A DNA stretch of 64,000 bases from Infirmifilum sp. Lineage in GTDB: Archaea; Thermoproteota; Thermoprotei; Thermofilales; Thermofilaceae. The notes beneath the pieces were generated by a model, which saw nothing but the letters and a program-made list of their open reading frames with translations, was not told where the DNA came from and made no database searches. The number at the start of each line of letters is the position of its first letter. Position 1 is the first letter of the stretch. The position numbers and the translations under genes were made by a program. The stretch covers positions 1-64,000 of the forward strand of contig JBEULP010000046.1 of NCBI GenBank assembly GCA_041287245.1, read 5' to 3'. This document shows, piece by piece, positions 57,431 to 64,000 of this stretch.

Positions 57431-57859
57431 TTGATGAGCACGTCTAGATCCGAGCTTATTGGTAAAAGTGTTTACGACCAGGAAGCTAAGCTGATCGGGA
57501 CAGTTCAAGACATAGCAATAAAGTTAGGTGAAAAGGAAGTATCCTTGCTTGTTAGAACTCCCTCCGGGGTTTCCATGGAAATACCAGCAGACAAGGTTTT
57601 GAGTGTTAAGGATATTATTCTATTGAAAGAGGCTGTTCAGCTCCCTTCCGAGGCGGCTATTCAACCGCCTACGGTACCTGTAAGCCAGCCTCCACCCCCC
57701 GTGCCCGTATCACAGCCTCAGGCGCCTTTAGCTGGGATTAAGCTTCCCTTTTTCAGGCACGAAGAGAAGAAGATCTGCCCCTACTGTGGCAAGCCGGCAA
57801 CTTATATACCACAGTACAAGCGCTGGTATTGTTACAATTGTCAGAGATATATAGACTAA
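57431..57859 (+). CDS. PRC-barrel protein with Pro-rich linker and C-terminal zinc ribbon
   Basis: SELIGKSVYD.EAKLIGTVQDI...V.SVKDIILL; PPPVPVSQP; CPYCG...WYCYNC. Confidence 0.88.
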   Translation: MMSTSRSELIGKSVYDQEAKLIGTVQDIAIKLGEKEVSLLVRTPSGVSMEIPADKVLSVKDIILLKEAVQLPSEAAIQPPTVPVSQPPPPVPVSQPQAPLAGIKLPFFRHEEKKICPYCGKPATYIPQYKRWYCYNCQRYID

Positions 57860-57892
57860 GACGTTAAAAATACCACTTTTTATAGCTTCTTC

Positions 57893-58459
57893 CTAGAAGC
57901 CCACATAGGATTTCTGGCTAGCACCGCAGATAGGGCATTTCTCCGGGGGCTCCTCCCCAATATAGGTGTGGCCGCAGACTGGGCATATCCATACTTTCCC
58001 CTGAATTTGCATATCCTTCCCTTGCTCCACAACTGATTGTGCTTCGCGGAAGAGTTTAGCATGAATCTTCTCGGCCTCTAAGGCGAAGTGGAAGCTTCTC
58101 TCAGCGTTTTTCTCGCCTTGAAAACGCGCAGCCTCCAGGTAGACGGGGTACATCTCGCTAACCTCGAACTCCTCGCCCCGAGCCGCCTCTTCCAAATTCT
58201 TTAACGTGTGTCCCGGGCCCGCGGGGGTTCCCGCTGAAACGTCGAAGTCAGCGTCGTATTCTCTAAGGTTGTTGTAGTGGTTGCGCGCGTGGACTTGCTC
58301 GGCAAAGGCTATTGCTTTGAAAAGTCTAGCCACGTTTGGGAAGCCGTCTTTCTCGGCTATCTCTGAGAATATTAAATATCGCATGTGCGCCATTGATTCG
58401 CCTGCGAAGGCATTAAGCAAGAATTGTCTAGTCATATCGTGGATGGACATTTTTATCAA
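57893..58459 (-). CDS. rbr: rubrerythrin
   Basis: AFAGES.A..RY, AEQVHA, GEEFE...MY, AEKIH, WICPVCG, CPICG. Confidence 0.96.
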   Translation of the reverse strand: MIKMSIHDMTRQFLLNAFAGESMAHMRYLIFSEIAEKDGFPNVARLFKAIAFAEQVHARNHYNNLREYDADFDVSAGTPAGPGHTLKNLEEAARGEEFEVSEMYPVYLEAARFQGEKNAERSFHFALEAEKIHAKLFREAQSVVEQGKDMQIQGKVWICPVCGHTYIGEEPPEKCPICGASQKSYVGF

Positions 58460-58561
58460 TAATTTTTTCCCTAATTCACTTATATATTTTTAATTTCTAC
58501 GGGTCTTGCTCAAATAACTCTTCATTATTATTACCCCGATAAACTACAAGAATAAGCTTGT

Positions 58562-59329
58562 CTAGCGTGTTCTAGCAACGACCACCAGCTCAGAGCTTGC
58601 CTCGGTGAGAGGCTTGCAGGAATAATCTTCAAACATTGCAACGACTTCGAAGCCGCTCTCCTGTAGCAAGTGCTTAATCTCACGCGGGGTGAAGAGCCGA
58701 AGATTAAGCGTGTGGCTTGCACTATCTATGGTTCCAGCTCTCAGGTCTATGATGGACCAAGATATATCCGCCGCGGTTGTCTGGCTGAGGACGTTAATCC
58801 TCCATGATTCCTCCTTCAAAGCTAAAAAGTTCCCATACTTGCGTATATGAGTACTCGGCGTCTCATAGTACACTCTTTTTTCAAGGACTCCAAGGATATT
58901 CCACGTGTCGAACACGAATACAGCACCTTCCTTCAGCGAAGATCGTATACTCCTCAGAAAGGCTACAACGTCTTCATCCGCTGTAAAGTAGCTTACGACC
59001 CCGTACATAGCTATCGCGGCGTCAAACGCCTCTTGAACCTTTAGCTTCCGCGCGTCGGCTATAACATAAGAGACGTTTTGAAACTCCTTTGACTTCTCCT
59101 TGGCTCGCTCGATCATTGTTGGAGAGGCGTCTACTCCGAGTACTGTATAGCCTCGCCTCCCAAGCTCTACGCTGTGAATCCCAGTCCCGCACCCCACGTC
59201 TAGGACTCTCCTGACCGGGATTTTCGAGTATTTATTGAAGATCTTTTCCAGGAAGTCGACCTCACCTTTTACGTCACGGTGAGAGTATAATATGTCGTAG
59301 TACTGGGCATAGAATTCTTCGCTACTCAC
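58562..59329 (-). CDS. class I SAM-dependent methyltransferase
   Basis: VLDVGCGTG, GVDAS..MI, ADAR, LKEGAVFVFD. Confidence 0.93.
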   Translation of the reverse strand: MSSEEFYAQYYDILYSHRDVKGEVDFLEKIFNKYSKIPVRRVLDVGCGTGIHSVELGRRGYTVLGVDASPTMIERAKEKSKEFQNVSYVIADARKLKVQEAFDAAIAMYGVVSYFTADEDVVAFLRSIRSSLKEGAVFVFDTWNILGVLEKRVYYETPSTHIRKYGNFLALKEESWRINVLSQTTAADISWSIIDLRAGTIDSASHTLNLRLFTPREIKHLLQESGFEVVAMFEDYSCKPLTEASSELVVVARTR

Positions 59330-59461
59330 ACCCTGATAAGGAAATGGGATAATAAAAGAGTTATTGTGGTTTTGATAAATAAAAGGAAGCTTAAATCGAA
59401 TATCTTTAAGATAAAAAAGCTTGAGGTAAAAACATCTTCTCAGGGAGATCGAGACTCTAAG

Positions 59462-61858
59462 CTAGCCATAAAATCTCTTTGAGAGGATTACCTTTAGCGG
59501 CTCAAGTGCCAGAACGCCGAGAGAACTGGCTAAGACAACACCAATTGTTTCCGCTGGGAGTCTTGGAATAATAATGCCCAGTAAACCCATAAGTGTGAAG
59601 AGGATGAAAGTCGCTACCACGCTTAAGGCGAGCTCCCTACCAGGTCTAGTGGCCCATAGCCACTTTCTCTCCCGAACCATCAAGATTCTGAATTGGCTCG
59701 TGTATACCATTGCTAGCATGGAGGCAGTCCGAACCTCGGGCCACCCCATGTTACTTGATACTGTAAGATTCGAGACGAAGAGGACGGGGAGGGCCATGAG
59801 GACCCCCAATAGGAAAGACTGGATGGTTATAGGTACAAGGCGCCACTTGGTTGGCTTGTTTGAAGGTGTAGCGTGGTCCGTTGCTAGGGACATTGTGAGG
59901 AAATCGTTTGCTAGGAGAATCAAAGCCATATCCACAGGTTCTAGGACCATCCTACGGTAGAGAAGCATCCCAGCCACCAGCACGGTTATCGTCTGGGTTG
60001 TCTTAGTCACCTTGTTGATAACCCATGAGAGAGCTCTCTCATGTAAAACTCGGGAGACCTTCACGGCTTCAACGATGGGCTCGAGACCAGGCCTTAACAG
60101 CACGATGCTTGCAGCGGCCTTAGCTGCATCTGTAGCATTGTCAACCGCTATGCCTACCTCTGCCTGGCTGAGGGCAGGGGCGTCGTTAACACCGTCTCCC
60201 GTCATCGCTACGAAATGCCCTCTTTGTTGAAACGCCTTAACAACCTTAAATTTGTCCTCGGGGTAAACTTCTGCTAAGCCGTCGACATCTTCAATTATCT
60301 CGGCGAGGTCTTCTTGCTTAGACTCTATCTCGCGGACTGAAACTACACGTTCCCCTATACCCACCTCTTTCGCTATCTCTCTCGCAACGGCTGAGTTGTC
60401 GCCTGTCAACATTATGGGGCGAATCCCGTTATCCTTAAGCTGTTTAATCAGGCTTGGAGAGTCAGGACGCGGAGGATCCAATAAGTGCAGAAGACCCACA
60501 AGCTTAACATTTGAAGGTTCCCCGTAACTCCTTGCTACAGCCAGCGTTCTCATACCTTGAGAAGCGGCTTTCTCAAGCTCCTCGAGAAACTCTTTCTCAA
60601 TCTCGCTACGGTTCGAGGATAGGGAGAGAATAGTCCTCGGCTCGCCGAGAAGCACCCTGAAGCGCTCACCGTCGCGTTGTACAGTAGCCTCAGACCTCTT
60701 TATTGAGGGGTCGAATGGAATATACTCCAAGACCTGGTAGCTATTGGGGTCAATACCCTTACTCTTCGCAAACTCTATAACAGCCACGTTAAGAGGGTCC
60801 TCCGATTCCTGACGCGAGGCAACCAGGGCGTAAGCAGCTACCTTCTCCTCGTCTTCCCCGAAAACCCTGACTCCTACAACTCTGAGCTTATTCATCGTTA
60901 TCGTCCCCGTCTTGTCGAGGCAACTCACGTCCACCGCAGAGAAATCCTCTGCAGCGCTCAGCCTAGAAACAAGCACACCCCGTTGTGCGAGCTCACGCGC
61001 CGCATACGCCTGCATAATTGTTAACACAGCGGGTAGGGCAACAGGCACGGATGACATCAAAAACACAACAGCCATGTTTACGAGGTCGATAACCGGCTGT
61101 TTTTCAACTACAGAGATAATAGAAGATAGGAGAAGACCGGCCAACCCTAGAAGCAGGGCATACCTAGTCACCTGCAACACAACCTCCTCTTGCTCCGAGC
61201 GGCTCTTAGCTTGTTTTACCAGCTCGAGAGTCTTCCCGAAATACGTCCTGGGACCCGTGTTTACGACTAGGCACTTCGCCTCCCCCTTCTTTATAATGGA
61301 GCTTGCAAAGACCACGTCTCCAGTTTTAACCTCCCTAGGCAGGGACTCTCCTGTCAGAGCAGACTGATCCACCAGCAGTTTACCCTCAATCAACTTGACG
61401 TCCGCAGGGGCGACGGAGCCCAGCTTTAGGAAGATTATATCGCCGGGGACCAGCTCACGGGCTGGAACGCTGATCCACTTCCCGTCTCTGAGGACTCTAG
61501 CAGTGATTGTTAGCCTCTGCTTCAAAAGCTCTACAACCTTCCTAGAGGATCTGGCGTGAAAGTAACCTAGGGTGGCGTTTAGCACGAGTAGGCTAGACAT
61601 TATCACGGCTTCGGCGTACCGCTCCGCCAGGTAGGACACGATGATGGTTAGCTCCATGAGCCACGGGAGAGGCCCCCAGTACCTTTTCAAGTACGCTAAC
61701 AGCGGGTTCTCCTTTTTCTCTGGGATTTCATTGTATCCGTAGACTTGAGCTCTTCTCCTTGCCTCAATGCTACTTAGGCCCTCCGGGGAGCATTCAAGTC
61801 TTCTACAAGCATCCTCTATCGTTAAAGCCTCAAAATCCTTCGTCGAGAGATTTTCCAT
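59462..61858 (-). CDS. P-type ATPase, plasma-membrane H+-ATPase (type IIIA)-like
   Basis: DQSALTGES, VPVALP, DKTGT, DPPR, MLTGD, TGDGVNDAPAL, LANDFLTMSLATD. Confidence 0.92.
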   Translation of the reverse strand: MENLSTKDFEALTIEDACRRLECSPEGLSSIEARRRAQVYGYNEIPEKKENPLLAYLKRYWGPLPWLMELTIIVSYLAERYAEAVIMSSLLVLNATLGYFHARSSRKVVELLKQRLTITARVLRDGKWISVPARELVPGDIIFLKLGSVAPADVKLIEGKLLVDQSALTGESLPREVKTGDVVFASSIIKKGEAKCLVVNTGPRTYFGKTLELVKQAKSRSEQEEVVLQVTRYALLLGLAGLLLSSIISVVEKQPVIDLVNMAVVFLMSSVPVALPAVLTIMQAYAARELAQRGVLVSRLSAAEDFSAVDVSCLDKTGTITMNKLRVVGVRVFGEDEEKVAAYALVASRQESEDPLNVAVIEFAKSKGIDPNSYQVLEYIPFDPSIKRSEATVQRDGERFRVLLGEPRTILSLSSNRSEIEKEFLEELEKAASQGMRTLAVARSYGEPSNVKLVGLLHLLDPPRPDSPSLIKQLKDNGIRPIMLTGDNSAVAREIAKEVGIGERVVSVREIESKQEDLAEIIEDVDGLAEVYPEDKFKVVKAFQQRGHFVAMTGDGVNDAPALSQAEVGIAVDNATDAAKAAASIVLLRPGLEPIVEAVKVSRVLHERALSWVINKVTKTTQTITVLVAGMLLYRRMVLEPVDMALILLANDFLTMSLATDHATPSNKPTKWRLVPITIQSFLLGVLMALPVLFVSNLTVSSNMGWPEVRTASMLAMVYTSQFRILMVRERKWLWATRPGRELALSVVATFILFTLMGLLGIIIPRLPAETIGVVLASSLGVLALEPLKVILSKRFYG

Positions 61859-61905
61859 AATGACGTCAATAGAGTGTTGAATTTAAGCTTAATAAAATTT
61901 TGAAG

Positions 61906-62421
61906 CTACAACTCTCTGTACTTGTTGTCGTAGTGGAGGAAGAGTCGGGCTTCAGGATGTATACTCCTAGCCTTCAGGAGCACCTCCTCCTCGTCATCGT
62001 GGACCTCAACTACATGAGGTATCCTCGCAAGGACACTAGCCTTGAACTCCGCGTCTCTCCTCTTATCCACGTTTGGCCTCATGCTTAGAATCACCTTGTC
62101 GACCGGGACGCCGAACCCGGAAAGCTGTCTGATCGTAGCGTGGTAGAGCCTGTATGGTCTCCCGGTTAGAACCAAGATCACGCCCACACCTAACCTTTCA
62201 AGGAGGAGTTTAATCCCTAACTCACGGGGCCTGTCGAGTACTAATAGCTCCTCGGAGAGGAAGCGTTGCCAGAACTTCTGGCGTAGCCTAGGCTCAAGTT
62301 TGTGCGGGTTAATATCATCACCGACGCCTACCTCGGAAAGCGCTCTCCTAAGGCGCTCCTTCGAATCGACGAGTACCCCATCAACGTCGAAGACGAACAC
62401 ATCGCCCTCGGGGAGGAACAT
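61906..62421 (-). CDS. HAD-superfamily phosphatase (polynucleotide kinase-phosphatase-like)
   Basis: FDVDGVL, LTGRP, MRP...D..FK, HDD. Confidence 0.85.
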   Translation of the reverse strand: MFLPEGDVFVFDVDGVLVDSKERLRRALSEVGVGDDINPHKLEPRLRQKFWQRFLSEELLVLDRPRELGIKLLLERLGVGVILVLTGRPYRLYHATIRQLSGFGVPVDKVILSMRPNVDKRRDAEFKASVLARIPHVVEVHDDEEEVLLKARSIHPEARLFLHYDNKYREL

Positions 62422-62457
62422 AACAGGTGTCTTACCTTTCCTACCTGTCCCTTAGAC

Positions 62458-63957
62458 TCACTTACCAATTTTCTTGAAGAGAATAGGTGCATCGGAAACC
62501 CTGTAGCTCTGCGTCTGCCCGTATTCCAACTGGCTGGGGGGTAAGAGCTGGAAACCGAGCGCCTTCGCAACCCTTTCAGCCGTCTCAGGCATGACCGGGT
62601 AGAGCAAATTTGTCGCGATTCTTATGGATTCAAGAGTGTTGTATATTGCCTCACGGGGGTTCTGGCTCGCCCACGGCTCCGTCCTGTTCATATACGCGTT
62701 AGCCTCGCGCAGGAGATCAAACACCACAGCCAGGCTCTCCGCGATCTTCAGATCAAACATTAGCTGGCTGGATTTAGAGATAACCTCCTCCGCGGTCTTC
62801 CGCAGCTCGACGTCTAGTGAAGTCTTCTCCACGTCACCGCCGAGCCTTCTTAACGCCAGTACCCCGGCGCGGCGCACCAGGTTCCCGTATGTATCGGCTA
62901 GCTCACTGTTGTAAATATTGTCGAGCAGGCTTTGGTCAAACTCGACGTCCTTCTCGAGGTTCAGGAGCCTCATAAGCAGGTATCTGATAGCGTCGGAAGT
63001 CTGGTAGCGCTCTATAAGGTCATCTATCAGCACGACATTCCCGGTACTCTTCCCCATCTTTAAACCCCTGTTCACGATATAGGCGTGGACAACAAGCCTC
63101 TTCGGCGGGGAGAGGCCGAGCATGCGGAGGACACTGAACCAGATAGCGCTGTGAAACCAGAGTATATCCTTGCCTATTACGTGGTGTGCGTTGGTCCAGT
63201 ATTTTTCAAAGGACTCGTCGTCCCGCAGGTAGCCTACGCCGGTCAGGTAATTTAGGAGAGCATCAATCCACACATAGGCTACATAATCAGGGTCAAAGGG
63301 AAGCTCTACACCCCAGTAGACGCGGGACTTGGGCCTTGCCACTGACAGGTCCTTCAACCCCTCCTTTCGAATCCTACTCGCAACTTCCCGTGCGTAGCTT
63401 GGAGGTTGGATAACTCCTCCTTCTTCGATAATTTTTAACGTCTCGTCCTGCAGTGCTGAGAGTCTTAAAAAGTAGGTTTCCTCCTCAACCCACTCCAACG
63501 GTTTGTGATGGATGGGGCAAATCTTCTGGCCGTTTTGCTCAATGTATTCCCCCTCGCTGTAAAACTTCTCGCAGCTCACACAGTACCAGCCACTATACTT
63601 TCCCTTGTAAACAAACCCCTTCGAGTATAGATCCTTGAAGACCTTCTTCACAAGCTCCTCGTGGTCAGGGTCAGTAGTCCTGATGAACCTGTCATATTTT
63701 ATACCTAGAGCTTCCCAGTATTTTTTGAAAACGGGGACCATGTCGTCGACGAACTCTTTAGGCGTCTTGCCAGCCTTCTCCGCGCTTCGTTGAAGCTTCA
63801 ACCCATGCTCGTCCGTACCTGTGAGGAAAAAGACGTCGTAGCCGTTGAGCCTATACCATCTCGCGAGTACATCCGCTAGGATGGTGGTGTACGCATGGCC
63901 TATGTGGGGAACATCATTCGGATAGTATATAGGAGTAGTGACGTAAAACGTCTTCAC
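62458..63957 (-). CDS. metG: methionyl-tRNA synthetase
   Basis: TTPIYYPNDVPHIGH, TGTDEHG, FIRTT, YVWIDAL, GKDI..FH, KMGKS. Confidence 0.97.
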   Translation of the reverse strand: MKTFYVTTPIYYPNDVPHIGHAYTTILADVLARWYRLNGYDVFFLTGTDEHGLKLQRSAEKAGKTPKEFVDDMVPVFKKYWEALGIKYDRFIRTTDPDHEELVKKVFKDLYSKGFVYKGKYSGWYCVSCEKFYSEGEYIEQNGQKICPIHHKPLEWVEEETYFLRLSALQDETLKIIEEGGVIQPPSYAREVASRIRKEGLKDLSVARPKSRVYWGVELPFDPDYVAYVWIDALLNYLTGVGYLRDDESFEKYWTNAHHVIGKDILWFHSAIWFSVLRMLGLSPPKRLVVHAYIVNRGLKMGKSTGNVVLIDDLIERYQTSDAIRYLLMRLLNLEKDVEFDQSLLDNIYNSELADTYGNLVRRAGVLALRRLGGDVEKTSLDVELRKTAEEVISKSSQLMFDLKIAESLAVVFDLLREANAYMNRTEPWASQNPREAIYNTLESIRIATNLLYPVMPETAERVAKALGFQLLPPSQLEYGQTQSYRVSDAPILFKKIGK

Positions 63958-64000
63958 ATTTCCACCTCAGACGCTTAGCATACCCATCGAAATAAAAACT

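Noticed and set aside
57092..57508. 138-aa minus-strand ORF and 71-aa plus-strand ORF (57160-57375) over the structured locus
   Set aside because: The longer one overlaps the PRC-barrel gene; neither has TnpB RuvC or Zn-finger motifs, and their composition reflects GC-rich RNA structure.

Overview
Gene-dense archaeal chromosome segment, most consistent with a hyperthermophilic Thermoproteales/Thermofilaceae-type crenarchaeon (inferred from TATA-type promoters, AGG/AGA/ATA codon use and a tRNA intron at a non-canonical position). Recognisable content: sufCBD, four ABC systems (sugar import, dipeptide/oligopeptide import, two ABC-2 exporters), a GH38 alpha-mannosidase, a Tat-exported membrane-bound [NiFe]-hydrogenase operon (small, large, NarI-like, HdrD-like subunits) preceded by tatC, a separate hydrogenase maturation protease, rubrerythrin, a P-type ATPase, metG and tRNA-Gln(UUG) with an 18-nt intron at 45/46. 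No CRISPR array, integrase or transposase gene was seen. Most notable unexplained signals: (1) a ~250-nt structured non-coding locus at 57.1-57.4 kb resembling an IS200/IS605 TnpB omega-RNA (right-end hairpin plus pseudoknot) with no tnpB beside it; (2) a stand-alone winged-helix plus MCM-like AAA+ protein with a substituted Walker B, downstream of a SpoIIM-family gene; (3) an RHH / inactive RadA-like / PolB2-partner-like cassette lacking polB2, with a 30-bp palindrome over a start codon; (4) operator-like palindromes before the hydrogenase and sugar ABC operons. All assignments come from reading motifs by eye; no database searches were run.
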